Assembly (NCBI GenBank): GCA_963764165.1
Contig: CAVXRD010000003.1
Span: 96,001-160,000 of the forward strand
DNA length: 64,000 nucleotides
Direction of reading: 5' to 3'
From: an uncultured Verrucomicrobiae bacterium
Lineage (GTDB): Bacteria > Verrucomicrobiota > Verrucomicrobiia > Limisphaerales > Palsa-1400
The translations under genes were made by a program, and so were the position numbers. The notes under the pieces were generated by a model. It did no database searches. It was not told the origin of the DNA and worked only from the letters and a program-made list of their open reading frames with translations. Below, in pieces: positions 18,994 through 29,921 of this stretch (position 1 is the stretch's first letter; each line of letters opens with the position of its first letter).

Positions 18994-19581
18994 TCAATTC
19001 TTCGGGATGGGACGGTAGATTCTGAGCCAGCCTTCTTCCAGCTTGTCCAGCCGCACGGCGCCTTCTTCCACGATTTCAGTTTTGTTGACATGCTGCTGAT
19101 AGACCTTCAACGACTTCTGGCTGATCTCCCGCACAATAGAGGTGTGATGCGCGTAGTGCGCCTTGGCGAAACGGGCGTTGCGATACTGCACAATGTCCCC
19201 CGGATGCACGTCGCTGATCTCCCCCGTAATCTTTACGCCATTCGGTCCCGCTTCCACCAGCAGAATCTGCCGACCCCAGACGTAATCCCCGGTTTCGGGG
19301 GAATCCGGCCCTCCGCGCGTTTTCGCGCCCGCCTCTTTCAGCGCCTGGGATGCAAGCCCAGCGCACTGCCCATTTCCGACCCTCTGACCAAGATGATTCT
19401 GGCAATAAGCGATGATCTTTGGCGCAATGGCGGACCCTGGCTCATCATCGGCAAAAGCCGATTGGGCAATTCCCACTGCGGCCAACAGCCATAGGCACAC
19501 GGCTGCCATGGCTTGGGTTCGACCATTCCAACTTCCCCGCACAGTGTTTCGTAAGATAATTATGCGAGAGATATTCATCAA
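18994..19581 (-). CDS. exported CHAP/NlpC-like cysteine hydrolase
   Basis: VGNGQC..LA, PGDIVQY, HHTSIV, VYQQH (Cys-His dyad pattern); start uncertain. Confidence 0.6.
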   Translation of the reverse strand: MMNISRIIILRNTVRGSWNGRTQAMAAVCLWLLAAVGIAQSAFADDEPGSAIAPKIIAYCQNHLGQRVGNGQCAGLASQALKEAGAKTRGGPDSPETGDYVWGRQILLVEAGPNGVKITGEISDVHPGDIVQYRNARFAKAHYAHHTSIVREISQKSLKVYQQHVNKTEIVEEGAVRLDKLEEGWLRIYRPIPKN

Positions 19582-19915
19582 GAGCTCTGGTTATAACTCT
19601 TGCCACCGTCATTAGGCAATATTATCCAGAATCGAAATCAGCCGCAAATCCGAACAGTGGCGGCGGGGCCAGAGCGTAATGTTGACCTTGCGCAAGCAGG
19701 ATAAGAGGCCGGAATCATTAGTCGGGCGATGGGAGGGGATGCGAATTGTGGGAATCGTGCCCCACGCCCTGCCAAAACGTGGTTTGCGCATTCCCAAAAG
19801 AATCGCTTGCATTCCACTTGAGGCCCAATTATTCTCTCCAACCTTTTTGGACACCGCGGGTGCGGTGGGCGGTGGATGTTTCGTGGCTCACCGCCGCCAC
19901 AAACATAACTATATT

Positions 19916-20170
19916 ATGGCAGTCAGAATTCGTTTGAAACGCGTCGGAGCCAAAAATGCTCCCTATTACCGCGTCGTGGTGGCCGATTCGCGCAGCCCGC
20001 GCGACGGCAAATTTATCGAGGAAATCGGCAGTTATCAACCCATGAAAGCGGGCGATAATTGCAAAATCGACCTCGAACGGGCCAAGTATTGGGTCAGCAA
20101 AGGCGCCCACCCCAGCGATACGGTCGCCAGCTTCATCAAGAAACTGAACAAAGCCGTTGTCCCGGCCTAA
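19916..20170 (+). CDS. rpsP: 30S ribosomal protein S16
   Basis: [11 protein letters not shown]...[21 protein letters not shown]. Confidence 0.97.
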   Translation: MAVRIRLKRVGAKNAPYYRVVVADSRSPRDGKFIEEIGSYQPMKAGDNCKIDLERAKYWVSKGAHPSDTVASFIKKLNKAVVPA

Positions 20171-20195
20171 GTTTGATTTTGGACTGCTTTTGCCT

Positions 20196-20447
20196 ATGCA
20201 AGCGTTCCTGGAATATGTGGTTAAGGGTCTGGTCAGCCATCCGGAAAATGTCACGGTGACGCCGGTGGTCAAGGAAGCCCTGACCATTTATGAATTGCGA
20301 ATGCATCCAGACGACGTAGGCAAGATCATTGGCCGCCAGGGCATGACTATCAATGCTTTGCGGTCGTTGCTGCTGGCGGGCAGCGCCAAGAAGGCGCTCC
20401 GCTGCACGCTGGAAATTGTCGAGGATTCCCCGGCCCCGGCCGCGTGA
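20196..20447 (+). CDS. khpA: KH domain RNA-binding protein
   Basis: [25 protein letters not shown]; follows rpsP. Confidence 0.85.
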   Translation: MQAFLEYVVKGLVSHPENVTVTPVVKEALTIYELRMHPDDVGKIIGRQGMTINALRSLLLAGSAKKALRCTLEIVEDSPAPAA

Positions 20448-21136
20448 GAATAGACGTGCTCACGCTGTTCCCGGAGATGTTCACGGGACCGATTGATGTG
20501 AGCATCCTCCAGCGGGCCCGCAAAACAGGTTTGCTGGATTTGCGGGTGCATAATCTGCGGGATTACACGCACGACAATTATAAAACGGTCGATGACCGGC
20601 CGTTCGGTGGCGGCCCGGGCATGGTGCTGAAACCGGAACCGATTTTTGAGGCGGTCGAAGCCGTGGCCGACGAGACGACGAAGATCGTCATGATGTCGCC
20701 GGCGGGACGGAAGTTCGACCAGGGGATAGCGCGGCAACTGGCCGCCGAGCCGAGGCTGCTGCTGATTGGCGGCGCTTACGAAGGGGTGGACGAACGGGTG
20801 CGGACGGAATTGGCCGATGACGAATTATCGATCGGCGATTACGTGCTGACCAACGGTTCGCTGGCCGCAATGGTGGTCATCGACGCCGTGACGCGGCTGC
20901 TGCCCGGCGTTTTGGGCGATGACCAGAGTTCGCTGGACGAGTCGTTCAGCGGGGGCATGCTGGAGTATCCGCATTACACGCGGCCGGCGGAGTATCGGGG
21001 ATTGAAAGTCCCGCCGATATTGCTGTCCGGCAACCATGCGGAGATTGAGAAGTGGCGGCGGGAACAGGCGGCCTTGCGGACGCGCGAACGACGCCCGGAT
21101 TTGTGGCAGAAATTTGGAACGAAAGAGAATTTATGA
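20444..21136 (+). CDS. trmD: tRNA (guanine-N1)-methyltransferase
   Basis: [43 protein letters not shown]. Confidence 0.97.
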   Translation: MRIDVLTLFPEMFTGPIDVSILQRARKTGLLDLRVHNLRDYTHDNYKTVDDRPFGGGPGMVLKPEPIFEAVEAVADETTKIVMMSPAGRKFDQGIARQLAAEPRLLLIGGAYEGVDERVRTELADDELSIGDYVLTNGSLAAMVVIDAVTRLLPGVLGDDQSSLDESFSGGMLEYPHYTRPAEYRGLKVPPILLSGNHAEIEKWRREQAALRTRERRPDLWQKFGTKENL

Positions 21137-21540
21137 ACCAGGCATTGTTAGACAAAATTGAATCGGAACAATTTCACAAGAACCCAGCGAAATTCGAAGT
21201 GGGTGACTCGGTGAAGGTGCACACCAAGGTCGTGGAAGGCGACAAGGAACGCATCCAGATTTTCTCGGGCGTGGTCATTGGCTGCCGCGGCCGCGGGTTG
21301 AACTGCACGTTCACCGTCCGCCGCATCAGCTACGGCGAAGGCGTCGAGCGCATTTTCCCTATGCACTCGCCGCGCATCGACAAAGTTGAAGTCGAGCGCA
21401 AAGGCTCCGTCCGCCGCGCGAAATTGACTTATCTGCGCGACCGCATCGGCAAGGGCGCGACCCTTGTCAAAGAGAACAAAGAGCGTGATGTGAAGCCGGC
21501 TTCCGCCGCGGCTGCTCCTGCTCCTGCCGCCGCCAAGTAA
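21133..21540 (+). CDS. rplS: 50S ribosomal protein L19
   Basis: [42 protein letters not shown]. Confidence 0.97.
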   Translation: MNQALLDKIESEQFHKNPAKFEVGDSVKVHTKVVEGDKERIQIFSGVVIGCRGRGLNCTFTVRRISYGEGVERIFPMHSPRIDKVEVERKGSVRRAKLTYLRDRIGKGATLVKENKERDVKPASAAAAPAPAAAK

Positions 21541-21600
21541 TCGGCGGTTTGCGGTTTGGGTCGGTTGGGCGCATATTGCGCGCGTCGAACGAACGTTGTT

Positions 21601-23685
21601 ATGCTGACAAATCGTTGGTGGCGTGTTGTGTTTCTGTGGGCGGTCTGCCTTGCGTTTTCCGCCGCCGCCCAGCCCGCGCCCGTCACCAGCACCAGCTTGA
21701 TCCTTTCCGCGGATGCCGCGAAGCCGGGCGAAACGGTTTGGGCTGGATTGCGGATGGACATCCCCTCCGGCTGGCACGTCTACTGGCGGAACGGCGGGGA
21801 TTCCGGCGCTCCAGTCAGCATCTCGTGGACGCTCCCTCCCGGTGTCACGGCTGGCCCAATCATCTGGCCAACTCCTTTCAAGGAAGTCGACAAAGGCGGT
21901 GACGAACAATTCGTCACTTACGTTTATTCCAATCAAGTCGTATTGTTGACTCAGCTCAAGCTGGCGGATGATGCGAAGCCCGGTTCGTTGACACTGAAGG
22001 CATCTGTCAATTGGCTGGAATGCTCGAAACAGTGCGTGATGGCCAACAGCGATGTCGATGCGACTCTCGCTGTGGGAGCCGAAGATAAGCCTTCCCCCGC
22101 GGCTGCGGTGATCGAGCAATGGCGCAAGAAAATCCCTTCGGCCGCGCCTGCGGACATCGTCACTGTTTACTGGCAGGGCACGCAAATCGTCAGCAATTCA
22201 CGCCCATTTGTCATCGAGTGGAAAACCGGCCCGGCGTCCGCCGATTTTTATCCTAACGGCGGATCAAACTATACCGTCGAAGGCGCGACGGAAATTCTGA
22301 AAACCGAAGGAGGCGGAGTTCGCATCAAGAAGATGCTCACCAAATCCGGCGACACATGGCCCGATCATGTCGAGGGCGTTCTGGTGGGGGATCCGGCTAC
22401 TCCTAAACAAGTGGGAATGGAAGTCAGTCTGAACATTCAGCCTCCGCGCCCGACGGAAAAAAAATCCACCGCGCCCATCGCACCGGCTGAATTGTTTACC
22501 ATGCTTTCGTTTGCGTTTTTGGGCGGCCTGATTCTGAACATAATGCCGTGCGTGCTGCCGGTCATTGCGCTGAAAATTTTCAGCTTTGTCAAACAAGCGG
22601 GGGAAAAACCGGGGCGCGTTCGGAACCTGGGGCTTGTCTATGGCGCTGGCGTGTTGGTGTCGTTTTTGGCGCTGGCGGGCTTTACGATCGCCGTGCAGGC
22701 GGCCGGGGGACAGGCCAATTGGGGCGCCCTTCTCCGAATTCCGAGCGTGCAATTGGGAACGACCGTGCTGGTGACATTGATTGCCCTGAATTTGTTCGGG
22801 CTTTTCGAAATCACCTTGAGTTCTCGCGCCACCGGAACAGCTTACGAACTTGCCTCGAAGGAAGGCTTTGCGGGCGCGTTTTTCAATGGCGTTCTGGCGA
22901 CCCTGCTGGCGACTCCCTGCACGGCCCCATTTCTCGGCGCGGCGGTCACGTTTGCCCTGGGGCAATCGGCTCTCGTGACTGTGTTATTCTTTTTGACGGC
23001 GGGGATTGGCTTTGCCTTTCCATTCGTGGTGCTTTGCGTGCAACCGCGGTGGATAAGCTGGCTGCCTAAACCGGGCGCATGGATGGAAAAATTTAAAATT
23101 GCAATGGGTTTCCCCATGCTTGCCACCGCTTTCTGGCTCATGTGGATTTCTGCCAGCGACGAAAATTCCATCCTGTGGCTCGGCATGTTTCTGGTTATGC
23201 TTGGAATGGTGGCGTGGATTTGGGGACAGTTCGTGCAGCGTGGCAGGAAAGGCAAAGCCTGGGCCGCGGCTCTTTGCGTCATTCTGCTGGGGCTGGATTA
23301 TTCTTTTGTGCTGAACGGCCACGTGTCGGAAATCAATTGGCAACCGTGGAGCGCGGACGCCGTCGAAAAAGCGCAGCGCGAAGGCCATCTGGTCCTGGTG
23401 GATTTTACCGCCAAAAGCTGCCTGACGTGCCAGGTTAACAGGGCGTCCGCCATCGAAGTCAAATCGACGCGCGAAAAGCTTAAAAAAATGGGAGTCGTCG
23501 CGCTGGTTGGCGATTACACCCGCGAAGACCCGGCTATCGGGAAGGAGCTCCGCCATTACAATCATTCAGGCGTGCCGCTGGTTTTGGTGTTTCCCAAGGA
23601 CCCGAGCAAGCCTCCCATCGAGTTGCCGACTTTTCCGTTAACACCATCCGACGTTGCCGCTGCGCTGGATCGCGCGGCGATGTAA
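21601..23685 (+). CDS. DsbD family thiol:disulfide interchange protein
   Basis: GWHVYWRNGGDSG, LECSKQC, LNIMPCVLPV, TPCTAPF, DFTAKSCLTC. Confidence 0.9.
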   Translation: MLTNRWWRVVFLWAVCLAFSAAAQPAPVTSTSLILSADAAKPGETVWAGLRMDIPSGWHVYWRNGGDSGAPVSISWTLPPGVTAGPIIWPTPFKEVDKGGDEQFVTYVYSNQVVLLTQLKLADDAKPGSLTLKASVNWLECSKQCVMANSDVDATLAVGAEDKPSPAAAVIEQWRKKIPSAAPADIVTVYWQGTQIVSNSRPFVIEWKTGPASADFYPNGGSNYTVEGATEILKTEGGGVRIKKMLTKSGDTWPDHVEGVLVGDPATPKQVGMEVSLNIQPPRPTEKKSTAPIAPAELFTMLSFAFLGGLILNIMPCVLPVIALKIFSFVKQAGEKPGRVRNLGLVYGAGVLVSFLALAGFTIAVQAAGGQANWGALLRIPSVQLGTTVLVTLIALNLFGLFEITLSSRATGTAYELASKEGFAGAFFNGVLATLLATPCTAPFLGAAVTFALGQSALVTVLFFLTAGIGFAFPFVVLCVQPRWISWLPKPGAWMEKFKIAMGFPMLATAFWLMWISASDENSILWLGMFLVMLGMVAWIWGQFVQRGRKGKAWAAALCVILLGLDYSFVLNGHVSEINWQPWSADAVEKAQREGHLVLVDFTAKSCLTCQVNRASAIEVKSTREKLKKMGVVALVGDYTREDPAIGKELRHYNHSGVPLVLVFPKDPSKPPIELPTFPLTPSDVAAALDRAAM

Positions 23686-23727
23686 ATATAAATATATTTG
23701 ACATATTAGAACGACAAGAATTGCCAT

Positions 23728-24228
23728 ATGCCAGAAACATCGAATCAACCGTTAGTGGGCGTCATCATGGGAAGCCAGTCTGATTGGGAAGTGATGCAGC
23801 ACGCCGCCAAGCAACTGTCCGACCTTCACATTCCGCACGAAGTGCAGGTGATCTCCGCCCATCGCACGCCGGATCTGCTTTTCGAATGGGCCACCGCAGC
23901 CGCAGGGCGGGGGATGGAAGTGATCATCGCCGCTGCTGGTGGCGCCGCGCATCTGGCGGGCGTCACAGCCGCCAAGACACCGCTCCCTGTGCTGGGCGTG
24001 CCGATGGAATCGAAGTCTCTGCATGGAATGGATTCGCTTTTGTCAATGGTGCAAATGCCAGCCGGAGTCCCGGTGGGAACACTGGCCATCGGCAAGCCCG
24101 GCGCCATCAACGCCGCGCTGCTGGCCGCCGCGATTTTGGGCAACAAACACGCCGCCATTCGCGCCGCCTACGAAGAATTCCGCAGGAAGCAAACGGAACG
24201 CGGAATCGCGAACCGGAATATTCAGTAA
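23728..24228 (+). CDS. purE: N5-CAIR mutase
   Basis: [34 protein letters not shown]. Confidence 0.97.
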   Translation: MPETSNQPLVGVIMGSQSDWEVMQHAAKQLSDLHIPHEVQVISAHRTPDLLFEWATAAAGRGMEVIIAAAGGAAHLAGVTAAKTPLPVLGVPMESKSLHGMDSLLSMVQMPAGVPVGTLAIGKPGAINAALLAAAILGNKHAAIRAAYEEFRRKQTERGIANRNIQ

Positions 24229-24241
24229 AAGTCCCGGAATA

Positions 24242-24340
24242 TTTAATCTGGAAATCAGGAACTCTGGAAAAGAGGCTGCAGTTGGCTTCCCGCGAATCTT
24301 GAATTGGTCCTATTAGTCGTATAAGTCCTATAATTCCCAT
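24242..24340. repeat. periodic repeats: CAGGAA-type (24242-24274) and 9-bp GTCCTATNA-type (24305-24340)
   Basis: tttaatctggaaatcaggaactctggaaaag; ggtcctattagtcgtataagtcctataattcccat. Confidence 0.6.
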
Positions 24341-24409
24341 TATTCGCGGAATATCTCTCCCCATTCAATTGACTTTTCATTCGCCGAGAGAGCAGTTACA
24401 GTCCCCCGA

Positions 24410-25306
24410 GTGAAAATCCTGATTGCATTGTTGCTGGTTGTGGCTTTGACGGCGGGATCGCTCGCCTATGGCCACGAAGTGTTGTCAACGAACACGCCAA
24501 TGCCTCTGTGGCCCGATGGCGCGCCGGGCGCCACGGGCACCGCGCCGAAGGACATACCCACTCTCACCGTTTTTCTGCCCGAGACAAACAAGGCCAACGG
24601 CGCGGCCTTTGTCATCTGCCCGGGCGGTGGCTACGGAGCGCTTGCGGAGCATGAGGGCAAAGGTTACGCGCTGTGGCTGAATCAGCTCGGCATCACCGCT
24701 TTTGTTCTGAAATACCGGCTCGGCTCAGATGGATACCGTCATCCGCGCATGCTGCAAGACGCAGCGCGGGCGTTGCGGATGGTTCGGTTTCATGCGGCGG
24801 ATTGGAAAATTGATGCGGCGCGAATTGGCATCATTGGCTCCTCGGCTGGCGGTCACCTGGCTTCGACATTGTTGACTCATTTTGACGCGGGCGCGTCGGA
24901 TGCGGCGGATCCCATTGATCGCGTCAGTTGCCGTCCTGACCTTGGTGTGCTTTGTTATCCAGTGATCACGATGGGAGACGAAACGCATCGCGGTTCGCGC
25001 GATAATTTGCTCGGCAAAGATCCTTCGCCGGAATTGGTGAAGGAGCTTTCCAACGAATTGCACGTCACCAAGGACACGCCGCCGTGCTTTATTTTTCACA
25101 CCGCTGACGACACGGCGGTGCCCGTGGAGAACAGCCTTAATTTCGCGTCGGCCCTCCGCAAGGCGTCGGTTCCCTTTGAGATTCACGTTTATCAACACGG
25201 CGCGCACGGCCTGGGATTGGGCACCAAATCCGACGAACCTTCGCACATGCACCCGTGGGTGCATGAATGCGAGCGGTGGATGCGGGAGCGCAGTTTTATC
25301 AAGTAA
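24410..25306 (+). CDS. exported alpha/beta hydrolase (esterase)
   Basis: CPGGGY, GSSAGG nucleophile elbow, D..V, HGLG. Confidence 0.88.
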   Translation: MKILIALLLVVALTAGSLAYGHEVLSTNTPMPLWPDGAPGATGTAPKDIPTLTVFLPETNKANGAAFVICPGGGYGALAEHEGKGYALWLNQLGITAFVLKYRLGSDGYRHPRMLQDAARALRMVRFHAADWKIDAARIGIIGSSAGGHLASTLLTHFDAGASDAADPIDRVSCRPDLGVLCYPVITMGDETHRGSRDNLLGKDPSPELVKELSNELHVTKDTPPCFIFHTADDTAVPVENSLNFASALRKASVPFEIHVYQHGAHGLGLGTKSDEPSHMHPWVHECERWMRERSFIK

Positions 25307-25337
25307 GAAACCAAACAACAAAAACCAAATCGCCCCT

Positions 25338-25949
25338 ATGAAAATAAACGTCCTATTGATGACGCTGGTGGCAGGACTGCTGATGTCCTGCGCGCATACA
25401 GTCCCTTACAAGCCAGCGAATAGTGTCGAGAAAGTCGAGTTCCGCCACGACCACGTCAACATTTATCCCGAGGATGTGCGCAAATTTCCCGATCGCTACA
25501 CCAACATGACGCTGGTGTGGGCCGGGTTGATCGTCACCAATGGCGCGACTGAGGAGGATCTCGGCGGGAAGATCCGCATGGAAACGCTGGTCGACCACCG
25601 CTACTTCGATTGGGAGCAGGAGCGCTTCGAGGGCGATCCGAAGCTTCTTGTTTCCCCGCGCGGAGAGGGCTTTTTCACGATGCAGTGGGAAGTGGAGAAA
25701 ACCGATGCAGATTCAAGTTTCGCGGACGCGTCAAAATACGCGGCGCCCGGAAAATTGGCCATCGTCTATGGAACTCCCCTCTCGGTGGATGAAGATGGTG
25801 TCATCAAAATGCGCTACCACTACATCCGCATTTTGGATCGGACTGAATTCAGCACGGATGTCATCACTTACGGACGCACCGGCAAAGAGCCGTTCAGGCC
25901 CGTTGATCGGCACCGGGCGACCGGACCGGCGAGCAGCGCGTCACATTGA
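25338..25949 (+). CDS. hypothetical lipoprotein (Slp-like)
   Basis: lipobox LLMSC; LVWAGLIV motif. Confidence 0.6.
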   Translation: MKINVLLMTLVAGLLMSCAHTVPYKPANSVEKVEFRHDHVNIYPEDVRKFPDRYTNMTLVWAGLIVTNGATEEDLGGKIRMETLVDHRYFDWEQERFEGDPKLLVSPRGEGFFTMQWEVEKTDADSSFADASKYAAPGKLAIVYGTPLSVDEDGVIKMRYHYIRILDRTEFSTDVITYGRTGKEPFRPVDRHRATGPASSASH

Positions 25950-25974
25950 CAGCGCCCGCCCGCGCTCTTAGGCT
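25946..25974 (+). promoter_or_regulatory. sigma70-type promoter, probably leaderless transcript for the lolC/E-like gene
   Basis: TTGACA-N17-TAGGCT, 8 nt before ATG 25983, no SD. Confidence 0.6.
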
Positions 25975-25982
25975 TTGCGCAC

Positions 25983-27263
25983 ATGTCGAGGCTGCCCTTT
26001 GAGGCTTTTTTAGCGCTCCGTTATCTGCGCCCGCGCCGGACTTTCGTTTCGGTCATCACCGTCATTTCCATCATCGGCGTCCTCCTGGGCGTCGCGGTCT
26101 TGATCATCGTCATCGCCGTGATGAGCGGATTCGACCAGCAATGGCGCGACAAAATCATCGGTTTCAATGCCCACCTGAAAATTTATTCAAGCGAGAGGAA
26201 GCATCCGCTCACCAACTACGCATCGATTGTCCGCACGGTGCAGTCGAATGCGGCTGTCGTCGGCGTCTCGCCATTTGTGCGATCTCTCGTGTTGCTGTCA
26301 ACCGAACCCACCAACGGCGAGTCCGACGGCTTTCCGCCGAAGTTGATCGGGATAGATCCCGATACCATCGGCAAAGTCAGCAACATTGGCTCGAATATCA
26401 TCGCCGGCTCGATGGATTTGAGCAACAACGGCATGGTGGTTGGGCGGGAGCTGGCCGGGTATCTTGGTCTTGACCTTGGCAACCGCGTGTCAATCTATTC
26501 CGTGGACACCGTGAAGAAAATGGCGGACAGCGCCCGCAAAACAAATTCCGTAGGAGTGTTGCCGGAGGATTTCACCATTCGCGGCATTTTTGATGTCGGC
26601 TTTCCCGACTATAACAGCGAGTTCGTGGTTTGTTCGCTGGATGATGCGCTGACGCTTTTAAAAATGCCGGACGAATCGGCGGAAGCGTTGCAAATCAAGC
26701 TGACTGACCCTTTCCTCGCCGACCAGGTGAAAGGAGAATTGGAAAAAGTGCTCCCCGATACGCTCACCATCTATACGTGGCGGGATGACAATCCCGAAAT
26801 TTTCAATGCCTTGGCCACCGAGAAGAACACCATGTTTTACGTGCTGTTTTTCATCATGATCGTGGCGGCCTTCGGCATCGTGAATTGCCAGATCACATTC
26901 GTGGTGCAGAAGACGCGCGAGATCGGAATCCTCAAGGCGCTGGGCGCGACCGGCCAGCAGATCCTCTGGCTGTTCCTGAGCCAAAGCCTCGTGGTGGCGG
27001 TGCTGGGAGTCGGTTTGGGGTATGGCACTGCCATACTGGCCCTGCACTACCGCAACAGTTTTCTCGCGTTCATCCGGCAGGTGACGCATCAAGAGATTTT
27101 GCCGCCGTCGATTTATCACGCCTACGAACTTCCATCCTCAATTCAGCCTGGCGATATAGCGTTTATTTGCGGCACTGCGTTCGTGACCTGCGTGCTGGCC
27201 GGGTTGTTTCCGGCCTGGAAGGCGAGCCGGCTGCAGCCGGTGGAGGCGCTGCGGCATGAGTGA
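25983..27263 (+). CDS. lipoprotein-releasing ABC permease LolC/E
   Basis: ALRYLR, AVMSGF, KTREIGILKALGA, PAWKASRLQPVEALRHE. Confidence 0.92.
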   Translation: MSRLPFEAFLALRYLRPRRTFVSVITVISIIGVLLGVAVLIIVIAVMSGFDQQWRDKIIGFNAHLKIYSSERKHPLTNYASIVRTVQSNAAVVGVSPFVRSLVLLSTEPTNGESDGFPPKLIGIDPDTIGKVSNIGSNIIAGSMDLSNNGMVVGRELAGYLGLDLGNRVSIYSVDTVKKMADSARKTNSVGVLPEDFTIRGIFDVGFPDYNSEFVVCSLDDALTLLKMPDESAEALQIKLTDPFLADQVKGELEKVLPDTLTIYTWRDDNPEIFNALATEKNTMFYVLFFIMIVAAFGIVNCQITFVVQKTREIGILKALGATGQQILWLFLSQSLVVAVLGVGLGYGTAILALHYRNSFLAFIRQVTHQEILPPSIYHAYELPSSIQPGDIAFICGTAFVTCVLAGLFPAWKASRLQPVEALRHE

Positions 27264-27945
27264 CCCCGCGCCAAAACTATTGGTGACAGCGCGTGGCCTG
27301 AACAAGAGCTATGTCATGGGCAAGCGGACCCTCGAAGTGCTGCGCGGCATTGATCTCGATGTTTATCGCGGCGAATTTCTGGCCCTGCGCGGCGCATCCG
27401 GCGCGGGCAAAAGCACGCTGCTGCATTTGCTCGGCGGCCTCGATCTGCCGAACTCTGGCGACGTTCATTTTAACGGCACAAACCTTCGCTCGCTTTCATC
27501 CAGCGCGCTGGCGAAATGGCGGAATCGCCGCGTTGGTTTTGTGTTTCAAGCATACCATTTGCTGCCGGAATTGAGCGCGTTGGAAAACGTGGTTTTGCCG
27601 GCGCGGCTTGCGCGTGTTGACGCCGCCGAGGCTGCCAAGCGGGGAACCGCCTTGCTGGAGCGCGTCGGATTGGGCCAGCGCCTGGAACATCGGCCTTACG
27701 AATTGTCCGGCGGCGAACAGCAGCGCGTGGCCGTGGCGCGATCCATGGTCAACGAGCCTGATTTGATTCTCGCGGACGAGCCGACAGGAAATTTGGACTC
27801 GCGCACCGGCTTGGAAATCATTGCGCTGCTCGAATCGTTGCGCACCGAGCGGCAGGCGACGCTGGTCATGGCGACCCACGATGCGGCAATTGCCGCGCGG
27901 GCTCCGCGCGTCATTGAATTGGCCGACGGCCAGCTTGCGAAATAA
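27256..27945 (+). CDS. lolD: lipoprotein-releasing ABC ATPase
   Basis: GASGAGKS, LSGGEQQRVA, LADEPTGNLD; follows lolC/E. Confidence 0.88.
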   Translation: MSDPAPKLLVTARGLNKSYVMGKRTLEVLRGIDLDVYRGEFLALRGASGAGKSTLLHLLGGLDLPNSGDVHFNGTNLRSLSSSALAKWRNRRVGFVFQAYHLLPELSALENVVLPARLARVDAAEAAKRGTALLERVGLGQRLEHRPYELSGGEQQRVAVARSMVNEPDLILADEPTGNLDSRTGLEIIALLESLRTERQATLVMATHDAAIAARAPRVIELADGQLAK

Positions 27946-27951
27946 TTTAGT

Positions 27952-28536
27952 ATGGAGACAGATTGGGAAGCCCGCTATCAAACCCGCGACATGCCTTGGG
28001 AAAAAGGCGAACCCTCGCCCGGCCTGGTGGATTTTTTGGCGGCGCATCCTGAATTGCCGCGCGGAACTGTCCTCGTCCCCGGCGGCGGCAGCGGACACGA
28101 CGCATGCGCATGGGCCGCTGCGGGTTTCAAGGTAACGGGGTGCGACATTGCGCCGAGCGCCGTCCGCTTGTCCACTGAGCGGGCCTCGGCCGCAGGATTG
28201 CCCGCCGAGTTTATATTGGGTGATTTTCTGGCGGATGCCGCGCCCGGCCCGTTCGATTGGATTTTTGAGCACACACTTTTTTGCGCAATTGATCCGGCGC
28301 GGCGTGAGGATTATGTAAAGGCGGTCATCCGGCGGCTGCCGCCAGGCGGGAATTATTTGGCGGTCAATTATTTTATTCCGGACACGGACGGTCCGCCATT
28401 TGGCGCAAACCGCGAGGAAATAGAGGGGCGATTCAGCCCCCACTTTGATTTGCTGTCGGACTGGGTGCCGCGCTCGTATCCGAATCGAACCGGATTGGAG
28501 CGCATGTTTTGGTGGCGTTTGAAGGCACCTGCATAA
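27952..28536 (+). CDS. TPMT-like SAM-dependent methyltransferase
   Basis: WEARY...PW, LVPGGGSGHDA, FEHTLFCAI. Confidence 0.85.
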   Translation: METDWEARYQTRDMPWEKGEPSPGLVDFLAAHPELPRGTVLVPGGGSGHDACAWAAAGFKVTGCDIAPSAVRLSTERASAAGLPAEFILGDFLADAAPGPFDWIFEHTLFCAIDPARREDYVKAVIRRLPPGGNYLAVNYFIPDTDGPPFGANREEIEGRFSPHFDLLSDWVPRSYPNRTGLERMFWWRLKAPA

Positions 28537-28586
28537 GACGGAGGATGTGGGTCAGGGAATTGGCTCGGCAGGAGCCACGGCGCCAT

Positions 28587-29372
28587 TCACCGTTCGGATA
28601 TGCCGTTCAGAAACGTCTGCAATCCATCCGCCACACCGTGGCCGCGCGGCAGTTTGCTCACATGGCCGTTCTGGGAGCGCACCGCTGCTTTGACAGCATC
28701 GACACCGTTATCGGGAGCGGCCAGGTAGTGGGCGTATTTCCGCGAAAGCATCGGCAAGTCATTGAGGTGATCGCCCGCTGCAAACGTGCATTCTGGCGAA
28801 ACTCCGATCTGCCGCGCCAGCTCTGCCAGCGCCGTGCCCTTGTTAAAAGCCTCGTGGCAAAAGCGCGCGTAGACATCGTTGCGCATGATGTCCAACTGCG
28901 GAATCCCCCGGCAATACGCAGTCAAGTATTCGTAAATGACGTCGGCGTCCTCGTTGCGCTCGGCAATCAGGCAGAATGGCGAATAAATGTCCTCAAAAAT
29001 CATCGCCGCAAATCTCTCCTCAACCCACTTCTTCAAGCGCGGAACGTCCTGGCGGACGCGCTTGAACAGTTGCGCGTGGGCTTCGGAGCAGGAGCGGTTC
29101 CACGCCTTGTCCTCGACGTATTCCGCATCGCGGTGATGATAAATTTCGCGCTCCACCACTACCAGGTAGTCCGGTTTGACGGTCAGGTGCGAACGGCCAA
29201 GTATCTCCATCAGGCTCGAAAGATCCCGGCCGGTGTTGATGACCCATTTTGCGCCGCGCGCCTGGAGGTCGCCGATGATGCTTTGCAGCACCATCGGGAT
29301 GGGCGGCTTCTCGAACTCCGAAAACAGCGTGCCATCGAAATCCGTCGAAATAAGCTTTATGGGCAAATCCAT
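28587..29372 (-). CDS. HAD-IIB family hydrolase
   Basis: STDFDGT, NTGR, NKG, AGDHLNDLPM. Confidence 0.9.
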   Translation of the reverse strand: MDLPIKLISTDFDGTLFSEFEKPPIPMVLQSIIGDLQARGAKWVINTGRDLSSLMEILGRSHLTVKPDYLVVVEREIYHHRDAEYVEDKAWNRSCSEAHAQLFKRVRQDVPRLKKWVEERFAAMIFEDIYSPFCLIAERNEDADVIYEYLTAYCRGIPQLDIMRNDVYARFCHEAFNKGTALAELARQIGVSPECTFAAGDHLNDLPMLSRKYAHYLAAPDNGVDAVKAAVRSQNGHVSKLPRGHGVADGLQTFLNGISER

Positions 29373-29464
29373 TCTCAAATCTACCCGCGAATCGGGCGGG
29401 AATCTAATTGAAAATCTGGATTGGATAAGATGGCGTCACCGGCGTAAAGTAGTGGCGACGCAGC

Positions 29465-29917
29465 ATGATGCAAAGCCTTCAAGATCAATTCGACGAAGCG
29501 ATGTTTGAGTTCAGCACCGGCAATTGCGACGGGGCGATCGAGCGCCTTCGCGCCATTCTCGCGGAAGACCCGAATTATTTTGACGCCCAGCTTTCGCTTG
29601 GCGGCGCGTATTACGCCAAGGGCGATTACACGATGGCCATCGCCGAGGGGCACAAGGCCGAGAAAATGAAGCCGCACGATCAATTGGTGCATACCAATTT
29701 ATCCCGCGCTTACATGAAAACCGGGGACAAAACGACCGCCGAGCATCACGGCTTGCAGGCGCGCATCGCCTCGTGGCGTGGCAATATGGCCCCGCCCGGA
29801 AATGCGCCCAAACCTGAGTCCGAACTGGAAATGGCGAAACCTCCGCTTCCGCCAGCTTCAACGCCGCCAATGAAAGTGCCCGATAAATTTCCCGACATGC
29901 CGTGGAAGAAAAAGTAA
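29465..29917 (+). CDS. TPR protein
   Basis: TPR-like helices (DPNYFDAQLSLGGAYY), Pro-rich tail. Confidence 0.8.
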   Translation: MMQSLQDQFDEAMFEFSTGNCDGAIERLRAILAEDPNYFDAQLSLGGAYYAKGDYTMAIAEGHKAEKMKPHDQLVHTNLSRAYMKTGDKTTAEHHGLQARIASWRGNMAPPGNAPKPESELEMAKPPLPPASTPPMKVPDKFPDMPWKKK

Positions 29918-29921
29918 CCTT

